In this document: positions 1-9,652 of the stretch, in pieces
Numbering within the stretch: the first letter of the stretch is position 1
Layout of the letters: each line of letters opens with the position of its first letter
NCBI GenBank assembly: GCA_964637695.1
Contig: CAZWVF010000001.1
Coordinates: 7,445-71,444 of the forward strand
Origin: an uncultured Gemmatimonadota bacterium
GTDB lineage: Bacteria > Blakebacterota > Blakebacteria > Blakebacterales > Blakebacteraceae
Reading direction: 5' to 3'
Length of the DNA stretch: 64,000 nt
Program-made: the position numbers and the translations under genes
The notes under the pieces: model-generated
What the model was told of the DNA's origin: nothing
Seen by the model: only the letters and a program-made list of their open reading frames with translations
Databases searched by the model: none

Positions 1-1675
1 TTTCATTGCCCGACTCTTCAGCTTCGACCTGATCGGAGTTGTCCCTGTCGCCGGCGGTGTCCCTGCTTCCGGCGGTGTCCCCGCTTCCGGCGGTGTCCCC
101 GCTTCCGGCGGTATCGCTGTTTTCAATCGGGTCGACAGGCTCTTTTCCGGTTTCCTCGACGAACCTGATCGGCCGGGCCCTGACCGCCATCATCCTGGCC
201 TCGATGCGTTTTGAAACAGGCTCCAGCGGCCGGAGGAAGGGTCTGGGGCAGACTCCGATGAAGACAATGAAGAAGATCAGAGGCACCATGCTGACTATTT
301 CTACGGCATCCAGGTCTTTCAGAGAGCGGTTCTCCTCCCTGTCGAGCGGTCCGAAGAGCACTCCGCGCAGCATTCGCAGAATGTAGAGGGCTGCGATAAT
401 GATGCCCGGTACCGCCAGGACTGCCAGCCAGGGGCTGACCTGGAATGCACCCACCAGAATCAGGAATTCGCCCACGAAGCCGTTCAGACCGGGCAGACCC
501 GCCGAGGAGAGGGCCACCACCAGCAGGAACGCGGCATAGACCGGCATTACCTTCGCAATACCACCGAATTCAATGATGTCCCTGGTATGCCGTCGCCGGT
601 ATATGAAGCCGACCAGCATGAAGAGAGCCCCAGTGGAGAGCCCGTGGTTGATCATCTGCAGGATGCTTCCAGAAAGGGCTCCTGCCTGGAATGTGAAGAT
701 GCCGAGCACTATGAATCCGAGGTGTGCCACCGAGGAATATGCCACAAGCCCCTTTATGTCGTTCTGCACCCATGCCATCAGCCCTCCGTATATGATGCCG
801 ATGATCGCCAGGATCGCCATCCATGGCAGTGCGATCGTCGCCGCCACCGGGAAGAGGGGCAGTGAGAACCTGAGCAGGCCGTAGGTGCCCATCTTAAGCA
901 GTACGCCCGCCAGGATTATGGATCCGAAGGTAGGTGCCTCCACGTGAGCGTCGGGAAGCCACGTGTGGAACGGCCACAGAGGTACCTTGATAGCAAATGC
1001 CAGAGTGAACGCCAGGAAGAGCCACGTCTGGATTCCCAGAGGTATGGAGATCTTCTCCATGGCGGCGATGTCGAAGGTGAACGATCCGGTCAGCCCGCCG
1101 TGCAGGAAATAGAGGGCCAGGATCGCAACCAGCATCAGCAGCGATCCCAGCAGGGTGTAGAGGATGAATTTGAATGCCGCGTAGATCCGCCGTGGGCCCC
1201 CCCAGATGCCGATCAGGAAGTACATCGGGATCAACATCGCTTCCCAGAAGACGTAGAAGAGGAAGAGGTCGCGGGCTGCAAAGACGCCGATCATGCCGGC
1301 CTCGAGCAGCAGGATCGAGGCGATGTATCCCTTCACGCGCTTCGTTACGGCCGTCCAGGTGCCCAGCAGTGCCACAGGCGTGAGGAACGCGGTGAGGCAG
1401 ATCAGCAGCAGGCTCATGCCGTCAATGCCCATGTTGTAGCGGGCCCCGATACCCGGTATCCAGGCGAAATCCTCCACGAACTGGAATCTGGCCGTATCCG
1501 GGTCGAATCCGCTCCAGAGAGAAACCGCCATGGCGAAAAGGAGGAATGTGGTCAGCAGTGCGGTTCCCTTCAGCATGGCGTGCCGGTCCTTCGGTACCAG
1601 CACTACCACCGCCAGGCCGAGCAGGGGAAGGATGATCATCCCCGAAAGCCAGTGCGACCAGAGGAACTGATTCAT
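1..1675 (-). CDS. nuoM: NADH-quinone oxidoreductase subunit M (partial; C-terminus runs off window start)
   Basis: Minus-strand frame is open from the ATG at 1675 to position 1 with no TTA/CTA/TCA on the plus frame. Hand translation gives MNQFLWSHWLSGMII..., typical NuoM multi-TM sequence. It lies immediately downstream of nuoL with an ATGA overlap. The last ~70 aa form a hydrophilic acidic tail containing DTAGSG repeats. Confidence 0.88.
   Translation of the reverse strand, partial: MNQFLWSHWLSGMIILPLLGLAVVVLVPKDRHAMLKGTALLTTFLLFAMAVSLWSGFDPDTARFQFVEDFAWIPGIGARYNMGIDGMSLLLICLTAFLTPVALLGTWTAVTKRVKGYIASILLLEAGMIGVFAARDLFLFYVFWEAMLIPMYFLIGIWGGPRRIYAAFKFILYTLLGSLLMLVAILALYFLHGGLTGSFTFDIAAMEKISIPLGIQTWLFLAFTLAFAIKVPLWPFHTWLPDAHVEAPTFGSIILAGVLLKMGTYGLLRFSLPLFPVAATIALPWMAILAIIGIIYGGLMAWVQNDIKGLVAYSSVAHLGFIVLGIFTFQAGALSGSILQMINHGLSTGALFMLVGFIYRRRHTRDIIEFGGIAKVMPVYAAFLLVVALSSAGLPGLNGFVGEFLILVGAFQVSPWLAVLAVPGIIIAALYILRMLRGVLFGPLDREENRSLKDLDAVEIVSMVPLIFFIVFIGVCPRPFLRPLEPVSKRIEARMMAVRARPIRFVEETGKEPVDPIENSDTAGSGDTAGSGDTAGSRDTAGDRDNSDQVEAEESGNE
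42..113. repeat. 18-bp tandem repeat (~4 units, ccggcggtgtccccgcttc-like) inside the nuoM 3' region
   Basis: The sequence ccggcggtgtccc(t/c)gcttccggcggtgtccccgcttccggcggtgtccccgcttccggcggtatcg is seen directly. On the coding (minus) strand it encodes DTAGSG DTAGSG DTAGSR. Confidence 0.8.
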
Positions 1676-3633
1676 CACGTCAGCAGCCATATCAGGAGGA
1701 CCGATGCGCCCAGAGCCAGTGACAGCGCGTAGATGCCGACATGTCCCGGCTGAAACCGGCGGAAGGCCTGAGCCAGTGTCAGGGCCAGCTGGGCGGTTCC
1801 GTGAACGGTTCCGTCGATGCCCGATACATCGAAGGTCCGGTAGACCCACTTGCTCATATTCCGCAGCGGCCTGGTGATCACCATGAAGTAGAACTCATCT
1901 ATGAAGTATTTCTGTCGCAGAACCATCCACACTCCGGGAGCGTTTGTCTCCAGAACCTCGGGGTAGGGGGCCCTGCGGCCGTAGAAGCGGCGTGCCAGCA
2001 GCATTCCAGTTACCGCCAGAACGATGCTCGCCAGCATCAATCCGATCTGCAGGCCGCCCGATGCCTGCCCCTGGCCGATTTCAAGGGTTCCGGCCGCCGT
2101 TTCCATGACAACACCGCCGCCGGCCCCGTGACCTGCGGCCCCGACAGCCCTGCCCACGAATTCCTGCAGCCATGCGCCCCCGCCCAGGATGCGGGGCAGG
2201 CCGATGAATCCGGCCGTCAGCGAAAGGAAGGCCAGGATCAGCAGAGGTACGGTCATCACCGGTGGTGATTCATGCGGTTTCACACCCTCGGGAACCCGGC
2301 TCTCACCGTAGAAGGTCAGGTAGAGGAGGCGGAAGATGTAAAATGCCGTGATGACAGCCGTGATTGCTCCGATCGCCCACAGGAATGGATGCCCGAAGGG
2401 ACCCGCCCACGCCTCATAAAGGATCTCATCCTTGCTGAAGAAGCCGGAGAAGACCGGAATGCCTGCCAGGGCGAGTCCGGCCACCAGCATCGTGGCGTGC
2501 GTTACGGGCAGGTGCTTCTTCAGGCCTCCCATCTCGTGCATCTCCTGGCGGTTGCCCATGGCGTGCATCACGCTGCCGGCACCCATGAAGAGGAGGGCCT
2601 TGGTGAAGGCGTGCGTTACAAGGTGGAAGATGCCTGCCGCGAATGCACCTGTACCGAGGGCCAGGAACATGTATCCGAGCTGGCTGATTGTGGAGTAAGC
2701 CAGTACCCGCTTTATGTCGTTCTGGGCGATGGCTATGGTTCCCGCCATCAGAGCCGTCAGAGCGCCGACAGCAGCCACGACGGCCATGGTCTGGGGCGAC
2801 CTGATGAAGATGGGAGCCATCCGTGCCACCAGGTAGACACCTGCCGTAACCATGGTGGCCGCGTGGATCAGCGCCGAGACTGGTGTGGGACCCTCCATCG
2901 CATCGGGAAGCCATATGTGAAGAGGGAGCTGGGCGCTCTTGCCCGTGGCGCCTATGAACAACAGGAGGGTAATGAGGACCGTCGCGGTGCCGCCTATCGC
3001 CAGTCTGGCGGGTGCATCGTGCAGGATCGCCTGTATGTCGAACGTTCCGAAGAGCGCAAAGAGGGCCAGCATGCCCAGCATGAAGGCCGCATCGCCGATC
3101 CTGTTGACAATGAATGCTTTCTGGCCCGCGTCGGCCGCAGTATCGCGCGTGAACCAGAAGCCGATCAGCAGGTAGGAGCAGAATCCCACACCCTCCCAGC
3201 CCACAAAGAGCAGAACCAGCGTGTCACCCAGCACCAGCAGGAGCATTGCAAAGGTGAAGAGATTCAGATATGTGAAGTAACGTCCGAATCCCTCGTCACC
3301 GCGCATGTATCCGATTGAGTAGATGTGAATCAGGAACGCGACTCCGCTGACGGCGAGGATCATCAAAGCAGAGAGGGAATCGAGCCAGAGGGCGGCGTCT
3401 ATGCTCACCCTGCCGGCGTTTATCCAATCGAAGAGGAGGATCCTTACACCGTCGGCGTCGGGGCCGAGACCGATGAATCCGGTAAAGGAGATTATTGCAG
3501 CGGCAAAGGAGGCGCCCACCAGAAGCGAGGCGGTCCATCCGACGACGCGTTCGGGCAGTTTCCGGCCGAAGATCAGGCCGAAGATCACTCCGGTCAGCGG
3601 AAAGAGCAGAACCAGTGTCGTGGAGATCCTCAT
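1675..3633 (-). CDS. nuoL: NADH-quinone oxidoreductase subunit L
   Basis: 652-aa ORF. Multi-TM antiporter-like sequence with NuoL/MrpA motifs (HAATMVTAGVYLV, GYMFLALG). Confidence 0.93.
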   Translation of the reverse strand: MRISTTLVLLFPLTGVIFGLIFGRKLPERVVGWTASLLVGASFAAAIISFTGFIGLGPDADGVRILLFDWINAGRVSIDAALWLDSLSALMILAVSGVAFLIHIYSIGYMRGDEGFGRYFTYLNLFTFAMLLLVLGDTLVLLFVGWEGVGFCSYLLIGFWFTRDTAADAGQKAFIVNRIGDAAFMLGMLALFALFGTFDIQAILHDAPARLAIGGTATVLITLLLFIGATGKSAQLPLHIWLPDAMEGPTPVSALIHAATMVTAGVYLVARMAPIFIRSPQTMAVVAAVGALTALMAGTIAIAQNDIKRVLAYSTISQLGYMFLALGTGAFAAGIFHLVTHAFTKALLFMGAGSVMHAMGNRQEMHEMGGLKKHLPVTHATMLVAGLALAGIPVFSGFFSKDEILYEAWAGPFGHPFLWAIGAITAVITAFYIFRLLYLTFYGESRVPEGVKPHESPPVMTVPLLILAFLSLTAGFIGLPRILGGGAWLQEFVGRAVGAAGHGAGGGVVMETAAGTLEIGQGQASGGLQIGLMLASIVLAVTGMLLARRFYGRRAPYPEVLETNAPGVWMVLRQKYFIDEFYFMVITRPLRNMSKWVYRTFDVSGIDGTVHGTAQLALTLAQAFRRFQPGHVGIYALSLALGASVLLIWLLT

Positions 3634-3637
3634 CCCG

Positions 3638-3937
3638 TCAGCCCTTCAACAGTGTCAGATCGTCGGTATCAACGGTACCGCGCAGGCGTGCCACGTGCAC
3701 CACCAGAGCAAGACCGACGGCGGCTTCAGACGCTGCGATTGCTATAACCAGGAATGCCAGAACGTGACCGTCGTGCCCGGGCAGGTACCTGGCGAACGCG
3801 ATGAGGGCCAGGTTCACGGCGTTGAGCATTATCTCGACGCTCATGATGATCACGATGACGTTCCGCCTTATCAGAACGCCCACCACACCCATTCCGAAGA
3901 GGAGGGAGCTCAAAATCAGGTATTGAGTCAGCGACAT
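3638..3937 (-). CDS. nuoK: NADH-quinone oxidoreductase subunit K
   Basis: 99-aa ORF with three TM helices. Typical NuoK sequence LNAVNLALIAF...EAAVGLAL. Sits between nuoL and nuoJ. Confidence 0.9.
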   Translation of the reverse strand: MSLTQYLILSSLLFGMGVVGVLIRRNVIVIIMSVEIMLNAVNLALIAFARYLPGHDGHVLAFLVIAIAASEAAVGLALVVHVARLRGTVDTDDLTLLKG

Positions 3938-4563
3938 CAGCCGGCGCCCCCTGCAGTGAAGTCTCCGGCACTGTCTCCCGCAGTGACCTTTCCACCTTCA
4001 GACCCATCGGAGGGCCGGTCGGGTGAGGGGGGCCACAGTTCGGGCGGCAGGCAGGCCACCGGCCACCGGGAACGGGTGACCAGGACAGCTCCGATAATGG
4101 CGACCAGCAGCAGGACGCTGATCAGCTCGAAGGGGAGAAGGTAGCGGGTCAGCAGCAGTTCGCCCGTTCTTTCGATCGATCCGAAGTCACTGCCGACGGT
4201 CGGTGCAGCAATGCTGTTTGCCCCGGCACTGCTCAGAACTGCAATGCCGGCCAGTGTAATGCCGATCAGGGCTCCCGTGAGTACCGCTATGGCACGCCGA
4301 CTGAATCTGCCGGGGAAGGGAGCCTCGACACCGACGTTCAGGATCATGATGACGAAGAGAAAGAGAACCATTATGGCGCCTGCATAGACCATTACCTGGA
4401 TCATGGCCAGCAGGGAGGCGCTGAGCTGCAGGTAGAGGACGGCCAGGCCGAGCACGACAACTATCAGCGCAAGGGCACTCTTGACCGGATTGCGGTGAAG
4501 GATCACCGTCGCTGAGGCCGCCAGGATGACCAGCGCCATTATGTAGAAAAGTGCGGATTCCAT
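3937..4563 (-). CDS. nuoJ: NADH-quinone oxidoreductase subunit J
   Basis: 208-aa hydrophobic protein at the operon position between nuoI and nuoK. Confidence 0.82.
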   Translation of the reverse strand: MESALFYIMALVILAASATVILHRNPVKSALALIVVVLGLAVLYLQLSASLLAMIQVMVYAGAIMVLFLFVIMILNVGVEAPFPGRFSRRAIAVLTGALIGITLAGIAVLSSAGANSIAAPTVGSDFGSIERTGELLLTRYLLPFELISVLLLVAIIGAVLVTRSRWPVACLPPELWPPSPDRPSDGSEGGKVTAGDSAGDFTAGGAG

Positions 4564-4598
4564 TGTCAGCTCTTTACTTTACTCTCTTTACTCTCTAT

Positions 4599-5123
4599 CT
4601 ACCCGGGGAACTTCAGCGGGCTCCCCTCCAGATCGAGCAGCCGGTCCTTGCCGTAGATGAAGTTGTCGAGATCGAAATCGGCGCACTCGAATTCATTTTC
4701 CAGGTAGATCGCACCGCAGGGGCACGCCTCCTGGCACATTCCGCAGAAGATGCAGCGGAGCATGTTGATCTCGTAGACCGCCGCGTATTTCTCTTCCGCG
4801 TATTTCTCCCGTTCATCCCAATCAGCCGGTGCGGCCACGATGTGTATGGCGTTGGCCGGACAGGCATATGCACAGAGGAAGCATGCGGTGCATCTCTCGC
4901 GGCCATCCTCGTCCCGCTTGAGGCGGTGCAGTCCCCTGAAACGCGGTGCCACGTCAGGTTTCTCCTCCGGATACCTGACGGTCCACCCCCGCATGAAGAA
5001 ATGCTTCATGGTCACCCGCAGGCCGCGCAGGATCGCCGGGATGTAAAGCCGCTCCAGCCAGCTCATCTCCCGCCGGAATCCGTGCTTCGGATATGTGCTG
5101 TTGGCGGACATCAGTTCATCCAT
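4599..5123 (-). CDS. nuoI: NADH-quinone oxidoreductase subunit I (2x[4Fe-4S] ferredoxin)
   Basis: Two CxxCxxCxxxCP motifs ([12 protein letters not shown] and [12 protein letters not shown]). Confidence 0.92.
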   Translation of the reverse strand: MDELMSANSTYPKHGFRREMSWLERLYIPAILRGLRVTMKHFFMRGWTVRYPEEKPDVAPRFRGLHRLKRDEDGRERCTACFLCAYACPANAIHIVAAPADWDEREKYAEEKYAAVYEINMLRCIFCGMCQEACPCGAIYLENEFECADFDLDNFIYGKDRLLDLEGSPLKFPG

Positions 5124-6160
5124 CTCTCACAGATCAGTATCGCTGCTGCGGTTATGACGATATTCACCAGCGCCAGCGGAACGAGCACCTTCCACCCCAG
5201 CCGCATCAGCTGGTCGTATCTGAAGCGCGGGATGGTCCAGCGCACCCAGATGAAAAGGAAGATCACTGCGAATGTCTTGGCTGAGAATACAGCAATGCCT
5301 GCAAGGGCGTAGAGCAGGGGAGATCCGCTCAGCCGGCCCAGCAGCGGGAACTGCCATCCCCCGAAGTAGAGTGTCACCAGAAGGGCGCTGGCTGCGATCA
5401 TGTGAGCGAATTCGCCCATCTGGAAGAGACCCAGCTGCATGCTGCCGTATTCGGTGTGATATCCTCCGATAAGCTCCTGCTCCGCTTCGGGCAGGTCGAA
5501 GGGGGTGCGGTGCGTTTCAGCGAAGGTGGCAACCAGGAAGATGAAGAAGCCGAGCGGCTGCTGCCATATGTACCAGCCGGCAAACGCTCCCTGGTTGGCG
5601 ACTATGGTGGAGAGCTGCACGGTGCCGGCCGCCATGAACAATCCGATCGCCGAAAGCCCCAGGCCGGCCTCGTAGCTGATCATCATGGAGGCAGCGCGCA
5701 TTCCTCCCATGACGCTGTACTTGTTGTTCGACGCCCAGCCCGCTACCAGCACTCCGTAGATTCCGAAAGATCCCACAGCGAAGAAGTAGAGAACGCCGAA
5801 GTTGGGATCGGCTATCTGCAGTGGAACATCGATCCCGGCTATATTCAGGATTGGGGGTCCGAAGGGGATCACACCTACCAGTATGAGGGTGGGTGCAAAG
5901 GCCATTATCGGGGCCAGCCGGAAGAGGAGGGGATCGGTGAAACGGGGTACGAAATCCTCCTTGAACATGAACTTTATGCCGTCTGCCAGAGGCTGCAGCA
6001 GCCCCAGCGGGCCGGCCCGGTTGGGTCCTACCCTGCCCTGGAAGAAGGCTGCGAACCTTCTCTCAGCGTATGTCGTGTAAGCCACAGCGGCCATGAGGAC
6101 CACCAGCACAATGGCGATCTTGACCGAATCGATCAATATCAGGGTGAGAAAAGGGTTCAT
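5111..6160 (-). CDS. nuoH: NADH-quinone oxidoreductase subunit H
   Basis: 349-aa ORF starting [16 protein letters not shown]. NuoH/ND1 signature sequence. Its start overlaps the nuoG stop (ATGA). Confidence 0.93.
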   Translation of the reverse strand: MNPFLTLILIDSVKIAIVLVVLMAAVAYTTYAERRFAAFFQGRVGPNRAGPLGLLQPLADGIKFMFKEDFVPRFTDPLLFRLAPIMAFAPTLILVGVIPFGPPILNIAGIDVPLQIADPNFGVLYFFAVGSFGIYGVLVAGWASNNKYSVMGGMRAASMMISYEAGLGLSAIGLFMAAGTVQLSTIVANQGAFAGWYIWQQPLGFFIFLVATFAETHRTPFDLPEAEQELIGGYHTEYGSMQLGLFQMGEFAHMIAASALLVTLYFGGWQFPLLGRLSGSPLLYALAGIAVFSAKTFAVIFLFIWVRWTIPRFRYDQLMRLGWKVLVPLALVNIVITAAAILICERWMN

Positions 6161-7824
6161 CTCTCACCCTCCTGCTTTAAAGCCTCCGGCTTCAGGTCAT
6201 CCAGTTTCAGTCCGCCCGGCGGGATCGTGCCCCAGGAAATTCCCTTGAAAGGCCCGATGGTTCTCGACATCTCCTCGAAAACGGCTTCGGGAGAGTGAGG
6301 GCGCTCCCCCAGTTCGCAGCGGCGGATCAGGTCGGAGATGATCTCCAGCTCCGGTCTGGCAGAGGGCAGGCCATCCACAGCCTGGCTGAATCTCTGCAGA
6401 TGTCCGTTCCCGTTGAGGAATGTGCCGCTCTTTTCGGCCCATACCCTGCCCGGCAAAACAACAGTTGCTCTTTCAGTGACAGGTGACAGGTGGCTGGAGA
6501 TCACTATCAGGTGATCCACACCCTGCAGTCTGCCGGCCGTCTCTCCGTCGAGTCCGGAAGCCAGAACCAGGAGGGTGTTAAACTCTCCGCTGTCGATACC
6601 CTTCAGGAGCCGCGGCACTTCCAGCGCCGCCGGTGCTATCGTCTCGAGGCCCCTGCTGTCGGGGTTCAGATCTCTCCTGCGCAGGAAATCGATCTCCCCG
6701 GCGGGATCTACAGGGCCTTCAGGTCCATACCATGAAAAGAGGCTGCCGCCGAGAGCCTCTATCAGTCCGGAGAACATGTAAAGCTCTTCACAGGTGGCAC
6801 CGGCCCAGATGAGACCTGCCGGATCACCCTTTTCTGTACTCCTGAGCGCGGAAGAGGCTGCTTCGAGTGCAGAATCCCAGTCCATGCTTCTCAAAGTGCC
6901 GTCAGAACCGGCGGCCGGTTCCTCGAGGCGGTCTTCTTCTATCCACCCGGTTTCGAAGCGTCCTCTGTCACAGATCCACCAGTCGTTGACGTCGAGATTG
7001 GGGCGGGGGCGAATTCTGACGACTCTGTTCTCATAGCGGTCTATATAGATGGAGCATCCCCTGCTACAGAGGGGACAGACCGATGGAGTTGATTCCAGGT
7101 AGAAGGCGCGGGCCTTGTAGAGGAACGGTTTCACAACCAGGGCGCCTACCGGACATACATCGGCCAGACAACCCTGGTATTCGTTGGTGAGGTTGTGGTT
7201 GATATAGGTTCCAACGTCTGCATGGACACCGCGTTCAAATACTGCAAACTCTTCTCCCCCTTCAATATCCGCCAGAAATCTCACGCAGCGCGTGCACTTG
7301 ATGCACCGGTTCGAGTACATCTTCAGCCTGGCGCTGAAATCCTTTTCGGGGAAGGTCAGTTTCTCGAGTCTGTGCCGGGTAATCCCCTCACCGTGTTCGA
7401 ACGAATTGTCCTGGAGCATGCACTCGCCCGCTTTGTCGCACCAGGGGCAGTCGAGGGGGTGGTTGAGAAGCAGGAATTCCATTACCGCCTTCCTGGCTTC
7501 CAGGACGGCTTCAGACCTGCTCAGTATGACCTGGCCCTCTGATACCGGCAGAATGCAGGAAGGTTCAAGCTTGGGCCGCCCCTCGATTTCGACAAGACAC
7601 ATCCGGCAGTTGCCCTCAGGGCTCAGCCCGGGGTGGTAACAGAAATGCGGGATATCCAAGCCGTTGAAAAGGGCGGCTTCAAGGATCGTGGTGCCGGCAG
7701 GGACGTTAAGCTGGTGGTCGTCGAGAGTGAACTGGACAGTGGATTCGCTCTCCGGCAGTCTCACAACGGGAGCTGTTCCCTCTCCCATGTGGGCTTTCAG
7801 TGTCACTTTCGACCGGTCCCTCAC
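6157..7824 (-). CDS. nuoG: NADH-quinone oxidoreductase subunit G, short form (555 aa)
   Basis: N-terminal 2Fe-2S ferredoxin motif (CYHPGLSPEGNCRMCLVEIEG) and 4Fe-4S cysteine clusters. It ends after ~555 aa, where E. coli NuoG has ~908 aa. The true start may be the internal MGEG. Confidence 0.88.
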   Translation of the reverse strand: MRDRSKVTLKAHMGEGTAPVVRLPESESTVQFTLDDHQLNVPAGTTILEAALFNGLDIPHFCYHPGLSPEGNCRMCLVEIEGRPKLEPSCILPVSEGQVILSRSEAVLEARKAVMEFLLLNHPLDCPWCDKAGECMLQDNSFEHGEGITRHRLEKLTFPEKDFSARLKMYSNRCIKCTRCVRFLADIEGGEEFAVFERGVHADVGTYINHNLTNEYQGCLADVCPVGALVVKPFLYKARAFYLESTPSVCPLCSRGCSIYIDRYENRVVRIRPRPNLDVNDWWICDRGRFETGWIEEDRLEEPAAGSDGTLRSMDWDSALEAASSALRSTEKGDPAGLIWAGATCEELYMFSGLIEALGGSLFSWYGPEGPVDPAGEIDFLRRRDLNPDSRGLETIAPAALEVPRLLKGIDSGEFNTLLVLASGLDGETAGRLQGVDHLIVISSHLSPVTERATVVLPGRVWAEKSGTFLNGNGHLQRFSQAVDGLPSARPELEIISDLIRRCELGERPHSPEAVFEEMSRTIGPFKGISWGTIPPGGLKLDDLKPEALKQEGER

Positions 7825-9113
7825 TTCACCGCCCCTCCCGTCCGAGCTTCAAACTCAGGTCTGAATTTCTCAACAGCCGATCCGACCGGGGCTGCCGCAC
7901 CGTCACCAAAGGCACAGATTGTGTTGCCCGTGATTTTTTCAGTAACGGAGAGGAGTTGATCTATATCCTCTCCGGTTCCAAGTCCGGCGGTTATTCTCCT
8001 GAGGATCTCCACCATCCAGTGGCAGCCCTCACGGCAGGGGGTGCACTGGCCGCAGCTTTCATTCCTGTAGAAGGTGGCCACATTCAGAGTGGCATCGACG
8101 ATGTCGTCCCCGCTGTCGAGCACGATGGTGCCGCCTGACCCGAGAAAAGTGCCCAGTTTCATGGCCGATTCGAAGTCCAGCGTGGAGGATTCCACCTCCC
8201 CGGCAGTCAGCATTGGTGTTGAAGAACCGCCGGGGTAGAGCGCTTTGAACGGCTTGCCCCTTGATGGTCCGCCTGCAAGGTCGTCGAGCAGGGCACTCCA
8301 GGGAACGCCCATTTCAACTTCATAGACACCGGGTCTGGCTACCCGGCCGCTGATACTGAAGAGCCTGGTTCCTCTGCTCTCCTCCGTACCGTATGCGGAG
8401 TACCACAGACCGCCGTTAATGGCGATCGAAGGGAGATTCGAAAGTGTTTCGACGTTGTTGATGATGGTCGGTGAACCGTAAAGACCGACGATGGCCGGGA
8501 AGGGGGGGCGGACCCTCGGATAGCCGCGTCTTCCCTCGATCGAATTGAGAAGGGCCGTTTCTTCACCGCAGATGTATGCACCGGCGCCCCTGAAAATTGA
8601 AATCTCACAGTCCCAGCCGCTGCCCAGAATGTCACTGCCGAGATAACCTGCCCGGCGGGCCTCCTCCAGGCAGGCATCGAGTCGCACCGTTTCCATCGCG
8701 AACTCGTCACGCATATAGATGAAGGCCCTGCTGCAGCCTGTTGCGTACGATGCGATCAGTACGCCCTCTATCAGCCGGTGGGGAGTATGGCGCAGGAGCC
8801 ACCGGTCCTTGAACGTGCCGGGTTCCCCTTCATCGGCGTTGCAGACCAGGTAAACAGGTTTGCCTGTATCCTTCGGTATGAACCCCCATTTTACTCCGGC
8901 CGGGAAACCGGCTCCTCCACGACCCCTGATGCCGCTCAGCTTGACCTCCCCTGTTATCTCGGCGGGAGTCATGCCTGAAAGAACCTTTTGCAGTCCCTCA
9001 TAACCTGAACCACGACTGCGGTAATCCTCAAGTGTGAGCATCCCCTCCAGGGCTTCTGGAGTCATGAGGATCGGGGGTTTGCCGCCCAGGCTGCGGAAGG
9101 TGGGATGCATCAC
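7821..9113 (-). CDS. nuoF: NADH-quinone oxidoreductase subunit F
   Basis: NADH/FMN-binding motifs (GRGGAGFPAGVKW) and the 4Fe-4S motif ESCGQCTPCREG. Confidence 0.94.
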   Translation of the reverse strand: MMHPTFRSLGGKPPILMTPEALEGMLTLEDYRSRGSGYEGLQKVLSGMTPAEITGEVKLSGIRGRGGAGFPAGVKWGFIPKDTGKPVYLVCNADEGEPGTFKDRWLLRHTPHRLIEGVLIASYATGCSRAFIYMRDEFAMETVRLDACLEEARRAGYLGSDILGSGWDCEISIFRGAGAYICGEETALLNSIEGRRGYPRVRPPFPAIVGLYGSPTIINNVETLSNLPSIAINGGLWYSAYGTEESRGTRLFSISGRVARPGVYEVEMGVPWSALLDDLAGGPSRGKPFKALYPGGSSTPMLTAGEVESSTLDFESAMKLGTFLGSGGTIVLDSGDDIVDATLNVATFYRNESCGQCTPCREGCHWMVEILRRITAGLGTGEDIDQLLSVTEKITGNTICAFGDGAAAPVGSAVEKFRPEFEARTGGAVK

Positions 9114-9652
9114 ACTCCGCTCCCTTCCTCCACGGGCATTCCGCCTGGAACTCCCGCCCCTCCTTCCGGATGCCGTTCTTCGCGCAGAGCTTCAATCACC
9201 TTCTCACACATTTCGGGCCGGAATGCTTCGAAGTAGTCGAAATCGACCTGAATGGCGGGGGCTGTACCGCAGCAGGCGAGGCATTCGGCGCTCAGAAGGG
9301 TGATCGATCCATCTTCGGTTGTCTCACCGAAATCGATACCGAGCAGTTCCTTGAACTTCCCGGCTACCTCGCGACCGCCGGCCAGCTCGCATGAAAGTGT
9401 GCGGCAGACGGTGATCAGGTGCCGGCCGGCCGGTCTGGTCCTGTAATTGTGGTAGAAGGTCGCCACCGAGGCCACTGCTGATTCAGAGAAGCCCAGCTCG
9501 GAGGCCACGCAGCTCATAACTTCCTTTGAAAGGTATCCGAATTCCTTCTGGGCAAGCTTCAGGGCCTCTATCAGCAGGCTGCGGGTCTCCGGGTATTGAG
9601 CCCGCGCCGTATCCAGTGCCTGCTGAGCTTCTGCCGAGAATTGCAGCGACAT
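9110..9652 (-). CDS. nuoE: NADH-quinone oxidoreductase subunit E
   Basis: 180-aa ORF with the thioredoxin-like 2Fe-2S cysteines (CRTLSC...CLACCGTAP). Confidence 0.9.
   Translation of the reverse strand: MSLQFSAEAQQALDTARAQYPETRSLLIEALKLAQKEFGYLSKEVMSCVASELGFSESAVASVATFYHNYRTRPAGRHLITVCRTLSCELAGGREVAGKFKELLGIDFGETTEDGSITLLSAECLACCGTAPAIQVDFDYFEAFRPEMCEKVIEALREERHPEGGAGVPGGMPVEEGSGV

Noticed and set aside
39-386. Plus-strand ORF with PAVSPL repeats at the window start
   Set aside because: It is antisense to the open nuoM frame. Its repeats are just the 18-bp tandem repeat read on the other strand.
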